Shown here piece by piece: positions 12,858 through 25,082 of a stretch of 64,000 bases of DNA (the first letter of the stretch is position 1; the number at the start of each line of letters is the position of its first letter). The DNA comes from Flaccisagitta enflata (taxonomy: Eukaryota), in assembly GCA_965153355.1 (NCBI GenBank), contig OZ231126.1, positions 930,001 through 994,000 of the forward strand. The letters are read 5' to 3'. Below the pieces are notes generated by a model, which saw nothing but the letters and a program-made list of their open reading frames with translations, had not been told where the DNA came from and searched no databases. The translations under genes and the position numbers were made by a program.

Positions 12858-13774
12858 ATGATGATTCTTAAACCTATGCTCAAGGTTCTTCCACGCTCAA
12901 TAGCAACCGTTGTTAATTGTTCCATAGCAACGGTTGTCAATCATTCCTTAGCAACTGTTTTCAATCGCGGCCATCATCAATTCCAAACTGCTTGTAAATT
13001 TTGAGAATAAGTCGGGCTCATTTTGAGCATTTCTAAGCAATTTTCATACATCAACATTATTTGTATTCATGAACGTCCATCAACCCTCATCTAAACGCTA
13101 GCCCTGGTACTAACCCTACCCTAACTCTTAACCTTACCCTGATTCTAACCCTAACCTAGCATAGCAAAAAAAAAGTATTTTGAAATGCTCAGAGTGAACC
13201 TGGCCTCTTCCTTGAAAGCGTCGGTCAAAGGCATTCAACCAGCAAAAGCAAAGATCATCGATGGTAGAGCAGTTGCTTCCACAATCGAGAGAGAAGTTTC
13301 AGAGGAAATCTCCGCTCTGCTGGACAGAGGCTGGAGGCGGCCACCGCATTTGACAGCGCTGATTGTGGGTGACGACCCGGCCTCAAACACTTACATCACC
13401 AATAAGATGAAGGCTTGTGATAGAAGTGGCATCACATCCGATACAATACATCTTCCTGCGTCCATCAGCGAAGGGGCGTTATTGCGAAAAATTGCATCGC
13501 TAAACCATGATGAAGGCGTTGATGGGATACTTGTTCAACTGCCCCTGCCACCTCACATGGATGAAACCAATGTCTGCAATGTGAGTTGGTGATAATGAGT
13601 GCTAGCTGAGGGCTCTCAGGGTCTTTTGGATAAGAACAATGAAAAAACTTTTGATTTGATTATTCTTTATCTTAGATGAACAGCATGTTTTGGAGATTTT
13701 GAAATGGAAACTTCAGCATATAGATGATAAACGTACAATAAAGGCGGCTAATCGCTGCAGGAAAAAAGTCGTAA

Positions 13775-13871
<97 letters not shown>

Positions 13872-16800
13872 CAGACAGACAGAGGGACAGACAGACAGAC
13901 AGACAGAGGGACAGACAGACAGACAGACAGAGGGGGAGAGAGAGACAGAGGGAGACAGACAGACAGAGGGAGAGAGACAGACAGACAGACAGACAAAGGG
14001 AGAGAGAGAGAGACAGAGGGGGAGAGACGGGGAGAGAGAGAGAAACAGAGAAAACATGTAACATGGGGTTACAATAGGGTTGCGGGCAGGTGGACAGAGG
14101 CATCCAACCCCTATCCACACCCCAACCACAACCCCCACACACAAGCATCTAGACCGCTTGTTTTTCCACTCGGATGGACAGACAGACCAACAGACCAATG
14201 GACGGATTGATAGACAAAGCCTCTCATAGAGTCCGGAGTTGAAATGAGAGAGAGACTGAGCAGCTAGGATGCACAACAAAAGATTTGAAAAATAATAGCT
14301 CCAAAACCATCGATCCCACAGAATTCTGCTATGCGTCATCTGAAAGAGGAGAATTAGCTCTTTCTTAGCCATAAATTTCATGCGTAGTATCATATGGTCC
14401 CAAAAGCTTACCAACTTTCTCAAACGCTTCATGAGAAAAAGGGAAATCCAAAAAACTCTGCAGGACTCTAAAAGACCAAAGGGACTTCGTCTCTTCGACT
14501 TTTTTCCAAACTAGTTTTAACAATACAGAAGTTTGAAATTTTAGGTACCTGCTTTCACCAATCTATTCTATACAAACTAATGAAAAGCTTTTTTTTTGGG
14601 ACGCTCTCTATCTGAGAATATTTGTTCTGGCTTCTTTTCAGACTATTCATCCATCCAAGGACGTTGATGGGTTCCACTTGATCAACATGGGTCGACTGTG
14701 CATGAACCGTGGTGCCCTCATGCCAGCCACTCCATCAGGCATCGTTGAACTCATTCGCAGATACAACATAGAAACATTAGGTATGATTCAAGTCAAACAA
14801 AACTACATTTTAGAATAGGCAACTTGGTCGATCGCTCTGTGTGTTTGCTTGCTTACACCACTCACTTATTCCACAGCGCAGTGCTTCATTAAGCTTCCTA
14901 TGTAGTCTTGCTCACTCACTTTGCTCACTCCCTTGTGCGTGTGAGTCAGTTGAAATTCAAATAGACGTGTTCACGCTGTTAGCGCTCTAAACGGGGATAA
15001 TAGTGATTGTTAACCATGGCAAAAAAAAAGACGCTCTATTTTTATCATTTTATTAAAAACCAATTATATATTTACATAAAATCTATAAGCATTTTAAAGA
15101 GCTTCAAAAACTCTACAAATCTAGACCAAGCAGAAATCTGTAACTTAAGTCGTTTAGAAATGACATAAGTTCAACACTCATTTTTCAAAATGCTAAAAAA
15201 AGCAAATTTCATCACCGGTCTACAAGGCACTTTTTAACTTACTTTTTAAATAGAATGAAGAAACAAAATAAATGGTAGAAAATTTTCTTTTAATTCTCTA
15301 CAAGATGAAAACAAGCAAAAATCGTGATTCCGCTCCGTTTAATAGCTGTATCAATTTCAAGTTGGTTTGAATAAATATGATATATATATATATTTAAGAT
15401 TTTTAAGTAGTTATTTTTGAAATGTTGTAACTTCTAAAGTTTTGAAGCTAGAATGTTCAGTAAGGTGGTCATGAAATAGGGTCAAATTTCAAAAAATGAT
15501 ATATTCTAGTCTTTTACATAAATGAACCAAAAAAGAAGGTTTTCCCACAAGTAGAGGTCTGAATTTGAAGATTAAAACATGGCGGCAAAACTATAGGCTT
15601 CCTATGGCAATAAAAAAATCCCTATAGTAACCCTGTAGTTTTGCCGACAAGGTTTCTTGTTTGATTTCACACCCCAGCTTGTGAGAAAACCTTCTTTTAT
15701 TGGACATTTGTGTAAAGGGCTCAAGTACAGTGGGACCCCGCGATAACAGCCCCGCCTTTACAGGTTCCCCATCAATAAAGGTCAACATTTTAAGGTCCCA
15801 AATGATAGTATTCAATGTTATTTTACCTCTCTTTAAAGGTAACCCTGAGATAAAGGTGAAAAATCTTCAGTCCCAATGGGACCGATGAGGCGGGGTCCTA
15901 CTGTATATCAATATATGAAATTTGACCCAATTCCGGACCACCCTAATGTTCAGAGAGAGCTCAAATGAAAGATCTTTTGAAGCTCTTTAAAACCATCATG
16001 GATTTTAAGGGTTTACCTTTTTTAGTTATCAAGCAATCAACAATCAAAAAATTGCATCTACTTTTTTTTTTTTGCCATGGTTATCATCACTGGAAACACA
16101 CCCTTCCATCATCAGGCAAAACTGCCGTGGTGATTGGTCGGTCTAAAAACGTGGGTTTGCCAATGGCGATGCTGCTGCATTCTGACGCTGTTTTCCGGGA
16201 ATGTCCCGGCCTCGACGCCACAGTCACCATTTGCCACCGTTACACGCCACCACACATTCTCAAGCAGATGACATTGCAGGTAGCAGTTGCACTAGTTAAA
16301 CGCCACCACACATTCTCAAGCAGATGACATTGCAGGTAGCAGTTGCACTAGTTAAACGCCACCACACATTCTCAAGCAGATGACATTGCAGGTAGCAGTT
16401 GCACTAGTTACCTTAACTTAACTAGTCAGTTAACTAGTTGAAATTCTAGAAACCATTCATTACCTAACCATAATTAACAGGGTGTGCAAAATTATCCGCA
16501 ATTGCTTCATGGAAAAAAAAACTATACTTAAAAGTGACCTAGCAGTATGAAATTTGAACCAGAGTGCTCCAGTTAGTCATTCTAGAAGCTAAGATTGAGT
16601 GTACGTCTTTTCTGTAACCCATGTCACTATGGGAGTCCAATGATTTGAAGCAAAGATTTTAATTTTGACAGGATTTTATTTTGTAGGCAAAATAGGTTAC
16701 AAAATCATAGATCCTTGTATTAGTGACAACTCAATAATGATTTTCTTTGCTTGGCACACATAATGCTGAGGGAGGTGATTTATATCAACATGAATGGAGC

Positions 16801-18054
16801 TCACTAAAGCATATTAACTAGGCCTATAGAGCATGAAAACCCAATGACAGAATTTTATATTATTTTAAAAAATCTTTCTAAGGAGGGTTTTATTGGAGCA
16901 AAATCTATCTGATAAATTCTATTACTGACTTTGTAAATCTTAGTATTATATATCAAAATAGATATTTTTTCATACTGACCACTCATGCTTTCATAAATCA
17001 TTATCTCTTAAGGTTTTTGAAAAAAGTAAGTTCCAATTGCGGATAATTTTGCACACCCTGTTAACTCGTTAAAACAGATAAGATCATTCCCTCAAAAAGA
17101 TATCATGAAAATTAGGCATTTCCTCCCTAAGATGACAAAAGTTTCAGCCATTTTTTTGACAATCATGGAAATTTTAGGTCAATTTTTCATGTCAATTTTT
17201 AATGTGAGACCGCAAAGTGGTCATCAAGATGAGACTAATGGTGGAAATCATAGTTTTTTAAGAATCGAGTTCATAGGAAACAGTCAGTATACTGACATCT
17301 CAATTTCACAGCCAATTGTTTATCGATTTTAGTAGTTTTGTAGTAAGTTCATTATTAACTAATCAATTAACAAGGCCGGATACACGGCTACCAAAGTCGC
17401 CTGCGGGTGGGCAGGGGCCATATTTGAGGTCTTTAGACCTTTCAGGCAGGAGCACTGAGGTCCAAAAATATAAATCATAAAAAAAGTAAAGTGTGACCAA
17501 CCGACGGACAAAGCAGGGGTGTAGAGTCGCGTGCCCGCGACTAAAATAAGGCTGGATACACGGCAGGACAGTCGCGAATGGTTGGGCAGGAGCGGAAATG
17601 CAAAAAACACCAGCTATTCAGAAATATGACGGACGGACGGACGGACGGACGGACCGATATGGCAAGGTGTAGAGTCGCGTGTCCGCGACTAAAAAACTCA
17701 TAATTAAAGGCGGATATCGTCGTGGCTGCCGTTGGACAAAAGCGACTCATCACCGCCGATATGGTCAAAGAAGGAGCCGCCATTTTTGACGTTGGCATCA
17801 ACGTGGATTTCTCGGAAGATGGCAAAAAGAAGAAGTTGAGCGGCGACGTCGATTTCGAGACTGTGTCACTAAAAGCCGGATTCATCACCCCAGTGCCAGG
17901 TGGCATTGGCCCAATGACTGTGGCTATGTTGCTGAAAAACACGGTCAAGGCTTACAAGAATGAAGTTGACGTTTCTCATTTATCGGTTACACCCTGCTTT
18001 AACGGTCCCGCGTCTAACGTAAATCCTCATCTAACAGATATCTCTCATTCATAA
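12858..18054 (+). CDS. MTHFD2: Mitochondrial-type bifunctional methylenetetrahydrofolate dehydrogenase/cyclohydrolase (MTHFD2/FolD family), 5 exons
   Basis: Exons 12858-12993 ([20 protein letters not shown]..., presequence-like, less certain), 13219-13580, 14642-14780, 16116-16279, 17710-18054, phases consistent. Motifs: [68 protein letters not shown] (RSKNVG and HRYTP are MTHFD2-type), [30 protein letters not shown]. Confidence 0.93.
13013..13202. mobile_element. Small MITE filling most of MTHFD2 intron 1
   Basis: Imperfect TIR cgggctcattttgagcatttc / gaaatgctcagagtgaacctg with internal ctaaccct-like repeats. Confidence 0.55.
15011..16083. mobile_element. TIR element family (TAACCATGGCAAAA...TTTTGCCATGGTTA) with a nested insertion at about 15460-15945
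   Basis: Matching ends. Related copies at about 43698-44306, 56307-56892 and 40478-41439. The nested element recurs at about 57912-58217. Confidence 0.7.
16244..16410 (+). repeat. 56-bp tandem repeat x3 spanning the MTHFD2 exon 4 donor
   Basis: Three essentially identical copies of acgccaccacacattctcaagcagatgacattgcag|gtagcagttgcactagtta. Confidence 0.95.
16477..17061. mobile_element. Tc1/mariner-type MITE
   Basis: TIR acagggtgtgcaaaattatccgcaa / ttgcggataattttgcacaccctgt, flanked by TA. Second copy at 35647-36205, degenerate copy at about 18570-19207. Confidence 0.8.
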
Positions 18055-19679
18055 GCATTTTTTGTTTCTAAGGCTTCTTTGTGCTACAACATATTTGATA
18101 GTATAAAACAGTCTTGCATTTTCATAGATGGCTTTTTTCAGCTTTTGATAAAACGAGGCCAACACCTATAAGTCGCGTGCAACACATACAGATTGATTTA
18201 GATTGATTTAGAATGACTTAAAATGACTTAAAATGACTACGTATACTCTTAAAGGACTTAAAGAAATAAAATTGTTTAAAAAAGTAAAAGTGTGATGGCC
18301 AGACAGACCGACCGACTGATAGACGGACGGACAAAGTGGGGCGTAGAGTCACGTGCACGTGACTAAAATGTGTCTTGACCAACGATTTATACCAATAAAG
18401 GCCACTTCTAACAATTCCTTCCTCTTTTCCTGTTTGCCTTTCTCTTCTCATCAATCACCTTTTTCCCCAATCCCCTTGTTTTTCCCTCTCCCACTCTTTT
18501 TTTCCATGGAAACACGGATTAAAACTTACAAATTGTAAGGAGTATTACTTTATTTGATGATAGAATGTGCATGTGCATTGCTTCATGGAGTAAAAATTTT
18601 ACTTGTAAGTGACCCAGCACTATCATATTTGAACTGAGTACCCTTACTAGTCATGAAACTAGCTAGAACTGACTGTAGCTCTTTTATTTCAAGTGACTAC
18701 AGGAGTCAGATAATTTGAAGTGAAGACTTTGATCTGGTCTGGACTTTATTTCATAGGCGAAAAGATAAAAAATGAAAGATTTGTGTATGAGTGTAACTAT
18801 TCCATAGTGATTTTTTTTGCGTGGTACATACTCTACTGAGGGAGAAAGTAGTGTTAACATGAATGCAGCTCACTAAAGCAAAAAAGAAACAAAAAACAAA
18901 AAACAAAAAACAAAAAACAAAAAACAAAAAACAAAAAACAAAAAACAAAAAACAAAAAACAAAAAACAAAAAACAAAAAACAGAAAACAAAAAGAAAGTG
19001 TACTATGAGCGCTAGTAAAATCAGCGAGAGAAATTCAGTGTTGTTCAGTGAATTATTTTAATGGTTTGTACTTGTAGACTCAAATTGATTTTCTGACTGA
19101 TCAATTCATTGTTAACTTTTTGGGACCAACTATTTATAATTTAGAAATTGACTATTTCTGTAGGGTTTTAAAGAAAAGTAAGTGCCAATTTTTGAAGCAC
19201 ACCCTGTCAAATTAAGTGTTAAATGACAAATATACCATGGGCCCATTGGGCATTCTGGTGGTTAAAAGATGCGTCATATATAAAACGGTCCCTTTGTTGT
19301 TCAGTCGGCTGTGTACTACTAGACACTTTTGAATGAGTTTTTAGGTGCGACAAAGCACCTCTTTAACTGGCTGTGTCCATTGGTTGGGTGGTTGGTTGGT
19401 TGGTCTGTCTGTCTATCTGTAACGCATTTGTTTGACAATCCACACGTCACACCTTATTGGCCTACTTGGCCTTGTTCTTCTCACAGAATCACAGTCAACT
19501 ACAGTTAAAAACCTTTCTAATGAAGCCCAAGGGCAACAGACATTTTTTCGTTACAGGCTAATTTCGATGTAGCCATAGACAAACAATTGCTAGTAATATA
19601 GTAGCATAAACAACCATCAGAATGGTTTTGTTCATTTCGAAAGATAGCATAAAAGTGTTGCGGAACAAAATAGCATATC

Positions 19680-19757
<78 letters not shown>

Positions 19758-20346
19758 CTATCTATGAAATAGAAATCTTTCCGCACGTTTCAGTAAATAC
19801 CTCTTATAAAAAACATCTGATTGAGAAAAAATTGGTGATAAAAATGAAGCTCTTCAAATTTGCAAGCCATCTACGCAAACCGCATCTTGCTATCTCAATG
19901 GGTTTAAAAGTTATCTTACTTTGAATGAAATTATTCCTTTTGAAGGTCACTTCATTTGATCTTTTTTACAGTGAGTCTTATTCATTAAAAATTGATAACT
20001 CCTTTGTTTTTTGATGAATTGACAAAAAATTGGTGGCCAAACTGATGAGTTTTTCAAGGGGCATCTTTTTGTTTTTTAGCGTAACAAAATCAGCCCAGCC
20101 ATTTAAAAGTTATGATCACTCAAAGATAAAAAAAAGGAAAAAGAATTATCACGCAAAAATACTGGAAGCCATCACTCCAAAGTACCTCCAGAAACTCTTA
20201 CAAATTGCTGAATTGGATAATGGTGGTGGTAATTGAGTCAGAGGGAGCCTACATCCATTATTTATTGGTTTGCAATCAGCTGATATACATGACTGTGTCA
20301 ATAAATGACATGAATTTTTAGGTGGAAAGATTTCTATTTCCTAGAT

Positions 20347-20348
<2 letters not shown>
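19758..20348. mobile_element. MITE with CTATCTAGGAAATAGAAATCTTTCC TIR, lying within a (CA)n tract
   Basis: TIRs at both ends, (CA)n on both sides. A longer copy with nested insertions spans 33468-34949. Confidence 0.8.
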
Positions 20349-20429
<81 letters not shown>

Positions 20430-21065
20430 CTTCCCTCTCTCTAGGATCGCTTTAGTTCTCTTTCTTTCTTTCCTCTCATCCTTTCTCTCTTCGGAAGATC
20501 TTTCATTTGTGTTGTGTCGCAACATTGTCGCTCAAATGGTTTAGAAGCTACATCAATTTGAAAAACACTTCTCTATTTTCACCCTTACGATGTGTCAGCG
20601 ATCATAACCTAAACATAATCTCCTAAAAACCATACTTAACCTTATCCAATTAAGATAAAATTTGATATGGTGGTACAGCATACCTTCCTTTAACAGCTCC
20701 TAAAATTCCATCCAAATCAGACAACTTTTACTATCATTTTCACCATGCAAAAGATTTTAATGTTGGTTTGCGAAACTGTGGTTTGAAAGAATCAGTGATT
20801 GGATTTTATTGAGCGTTTGGTCTATGAAGATATGGTTAAGATTGTGAAAAATCTTTGAAAGTTTTAGAGTGCTTTCAAAGACCTATATTTAGGGCCCTCT
20901 TCCAAAGAAGTAAACTGGGTATGAGCTCAAATAATTCAGAAATAAACAAGTTTTTTTTTTTAAATTGCATCATTTTTCAAGAATTTGGAAGAGGGTTATT
21001 GAAGGAACATGCAAAAACCATGGACAAAAATTTCCGATTCTCACAAAAATTGAACCGGTATCAGT

Positions 21066-24000
21066 CACTGCTCTGAACCCATACCTTCATGTTTGTTTTG
21101 AGATAACTGCGACTTTTTCTACAGTTTTGCATGCCCATTTGATGTATAAATCCATTGCAAAAGATTGCAAAAAAATCTGTATGGCGCTTTTTTGATAAAT
21201 CTCATTTTTTTACCATGATGAAGTACAGGTTGTTGTACTTTTTCCAATATTGCATGAATGCCTTTGTTTTGCTGATAACTTCTACAGAAATTGGAGAAAA
21301 TCCCTATGGTTGGTCTCATTTGATAGATCTTTTGAAGAGCTTTCCAAATGTCACTGATTTTTTGTGGATTCATCAAAAAACAACTTCGTTATGACTTGCC
21401 AAAGTTGATACGGTGGTACAAGTTGATGTAGCATTTCATATTTTACATAAACACCCTTGTTATACCTATAATTGCCTAATGGACAAACCTGAAGGCCTCT
21501 GAATGGTCTCATTTGGAAGATATTTTGAAGTAGTATATCAAATTTAGAAAAAAATAAATATGTTGGCCCTTTTAGATCCTCCAAGGCTTTGTTAAGGAGG
21601 ATCCAAAAATACAAAAAATCTAAAATCTACCAATTAAAGAGATTTGCTTGTTTTTAGTGGCGGACTAGCGACTCTATAAGAGGCTTTGTCCGTCCGCCGG
21701 TCAGTCGGTCGGTCAGTCGGTCGGTCAGTCGGTCGGTCCATGGTGATCGAGTCAGAAAGTGGGAAACCACGCATTTCCGCACCTGCCCACCCGTTCGCGA
21801 CTGTTATTGGCCGTGTATCCGGCCTTGTTCTCTGTGTTATTGCAGGATGTTAAAAGTTTCTATTAAGTAACTGTTATGTTGCATGTAGAAATTAGTAAAG
21901 ACCAACAATGAAGGGTTAGGGTCCATTGAGGCTCTATCTTAAGAGCTCAAAACGCTCAAAATAGACTCAATCTTGATCAAAATCTCAACATTTTTGGAAA
22001 GTTTTTGATGTTTATAACCAAATGAGTGGTACATTTCTTCTCACTCACTGTTATCCTATGCAGGGTAACTGTGGGAGAACAAATATACAGGTCAAGGGCC
22101 TTTAAGAGGTTCATCGAGGGGCTTCAAATAACTCAAAATGACCCCAAAATAGTGAAAATCTTGTTATTTGTGTTCTGAAAGGCCTGCTTCGAGGCCTAAG
22201 GGGCCTTGTCCTGGGTGTCTGAGGCCTGAGTTGGGTCTTAGAGGCTGGAATAAGAGTGTGGGATGCCTGAGTCTGGTTTGAGAGGCCTGATTTGGGGAAT
22301 GAGGGGCTTAAATAATACTTATGTTCTACGAGGCCTGACTACCGGTCTGAGAGGCCTGGGTTAGAGTCTTAGAGGCCAAAAGTGGGGTCTAATAGACCTG
22401 CTTTGGGGTCTGAGAGCTCTGTTTTGGCCTAGTTTAGGATCTGGCAGGCCCTATTTGGGGTCTGAAGGGCTTCAATTAGGGTTGGAGGGTCTGATCTGAA
22501 AGGCCTGAGTTGGGTCTGAAAGGTCTGATTTGAGGTCTAAGAGGCTTGATTTGAGGTCTAAGAGGCCAGACAGATGACCTATGATTTCACACAGGATGAT
22601 TTTTGTCCTGTAGAACACGGGGGGACTTTTGTTCATTTGTCTGTCCGTCCGTCCATCCGTCTGTCTCTCCGTCCGTCCGTCCATCCATCCGTCCTTCCAT
22701 TTGTTCCCCCCTAGGCCCTCCCAGGCCTAAAATCCACTCTCTCAGGCCTTAAATCAGCCCTCTTAGGCTTGAAATCTTCCCTTTCAGGCCTGAAATCTGC
22801 CCTCTCAGGCCTTGAATCTGTCCTCTCAAGCATCAAATCTACCCTCTCAGGCCTGAAATCTGCCCTCTCAGGTCTGAAATCTGCCCTCTCAGGTCTGAAA
22901 TCTGCCCTCTCAGGCCTTAAATCTGCCCTCTCAGGCTTTAAATTTGCCCTCTCAGGCCTGAAATCTGCCCTCTTAGGCCTAAAATCTGCCCTCTCAGATT
23001 CAAAGCCTGAGAGGGCAGATTTCAGGTTTGAGAGGGTAGATTTCAGGCCTGAGAGGGCAGATTTCAGGCCTGAGAGAGCCTAGGGGGGGACAGATGGATG
23101 GACGGACAAACGTAAGTCCCCCTGTGTTTTACAGGACTTTGTCCCCTTTGGGGCCGCTGCCCTGCTTCCCCTCACTCCAATTCAAAATCATTCAAAGCAG
23201 GGCAACGGGTATCGCTGACCACATATTGCCCTTGAGCGACCTGTTTCCAGTTTCTGTCCCCCCCACCTAAAATCAGGCCCTCAGATCCCAAATCAAGCCT
23301 CTTCGATCCTAAATCAGGCCTCTCAGACCCCATATCAGACTTTTCAGACCCAACTCAGGCCTTTCAGATCAGACCTCTGACCCTAATTGAAGTCCTTCAG
23401 ACCCCAAAGAGGGCCTGCCAAATCGTAAACTAGGCCAAAACAGAGCTCTCAGACCCCAAATCAGGTCTATGAGACCCCACTGTTGGCCTCTAAAACCCTA
23501 ACCAGGTCTATGAGACCCCACTTTTGGCCTCTAAAACCCTAACCCAGGCCTCTCAGACTGGTAGTCAGGCCTCTTAGACCATAAGTATTATTTAAGCCCC
23601 TCATTCCCCAAATTAGGCCTCCTAGACCCCAATTCTGGCCTCTCAAACCAGACTCAGGCATCCCATACTCTTATTCCAGCCTCTAAGACCCAACTCAGGC
23701 CTCAGACACCCAGGATAAGGCCCCTAAGGCCTCAAAGCAGGCCTTTTAGACCACAAATAACAAGATTTTCACTATTTTGGGGTCATTTTGAGTCATTTGA
23801 AGCCCCTTGATGAACCTCTAAAAGGCCCTCAACCTGTACAGAAGGGACCCTTATAAGAGCGGACCCAATTGTTACATGCCCCTCCTACAGCTCACATGTT
23901 TCCATCAATTTTCTCATTTGCAATGGCGGTTGACAGCTTAGGTGGATACAATTGGCGCCACCGAGGCGATTTTTCAATTTCCACCTTTAACCCCCTCAAA

Positions 24001-25082
24001 TGGCCAAATTTAGATTAAAGTTTGAGAAAAGAAATTGTTCAATTTTTCGAGCTTTTGAAGTGGTTTGGGGGGTTCAAGGTGGAAATTGAAAAATCGCCAT
24101 GGTGGCGCCATTTGTATTTACTTGAAGTGTCAACTGCCACTGCAAGTGTGAGAATTGATTGAACCATATGAGCTGTAGGGGGGGCATGTAACACTTAGGG
24201 TCATTCCTCCGCTCTTATTAGGGTCCTGTCTGTATATTTGTTCCCCCACAGTTACCCTGCATTGGATAACAGTAAGTGAGAAGAAATGTACCACTCATTT
24301 GGTTATAAACAATAAAAACTTCCCAAAAATGTTGAGATTTTGATTAAGATTGAGTCTATATTGAGGGTTTTGAGCTCTTTAGATAGAGCCTCAATGGACC
24401 CTAAACCTTCATTGTTGGTCTTAACTAATTTCTACATGCAACATAACAGTTACTTAATAGAAATTTTCAACATCCTGCAATAAAACAGATAAAAACAAGC
24501 AAATCTCTTTTATTGGTAGATTTGAGATCTTTTGTATTTTTGGATCCTCTTTAGCAAAGCCTTGGACGATCTAAAGGGGCCAATATATATTTATTTTTTT
24601 CTAAATTTGATATACTACTTCAAAATATCTTCCAAATGAGACCATTTCGAGGCCTGCAGGTTTATCCATTAGGCAATTATAGATAAAACAAGGGTGTTTA
24701 TGTAAAATATGAAATGCTACATCAACTTGTACCACCGTATCAACTTTGGCAAGTCATAACAAGGTTGTTTTTTGATGAATCCACAAAAAATCAGTGACAT
24801 TTGGAAAGCTCTTTGAAAGATCTATCAAATGAGACCAACCATAGGGATTTTCTCCAATTTCTGTAGAAGTTATAAGCAAAACAAAGGCATTCATGCAATA
24901 TTGGAAAAAATACAACAACCTGTACTTCATCATGGTAAAAAAATGAGATTTATCAAAAAAGCGCCATACAGATTTTTTTGCAATCTTTTGCAATGGATTT
25001 ATACATCAAATGGGCATGTAAAACTGTAGAAAAAGTCGCAGTTATCTCAAAACGAACATGAAGGTATGGATTCAGAGCAGTG
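21066..25082. mobile_element. Foldback-type non-autonomous DNA element with about 1.4-kb inverted arms (CAC...GTG ends, Chapaev/CMC-like)
   Basis: 21066 to about 22560 is the reverse complement of about 23260-25082 apart from arm-specific insertions. The near-identical spurious ORFs 21155-21394(+) and 24754-24993(-) reflect this. 4-bp duplication cagt on both sides. Confidence 0.85.

Noticed and set aside
13108-13160. Telomere-like ctaaccct repeats
   Set aside because: Short, degenerate and internal to a MITE.
13185-13218. ATG at 13185 as the MTHFD2 start (ORF track)
   Set aside because: It lies in the inverted end of a MITE. A phase-compatible acceptor at 13218 and an upstream exon explain the gene better.
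22769-23083. Heptad-repeat ORF (LKSALSG)n resembling a coiled-coil protein
   Set aside because: It is a 21-bp array inside a multi-copy non-autonomous element.
21119-25029. Pair of near-identical 79-aa ORFs on opposite strands as duplicated genes
   Set aside because: They are the two arms of a foldback element and show no recognisable protein motif.
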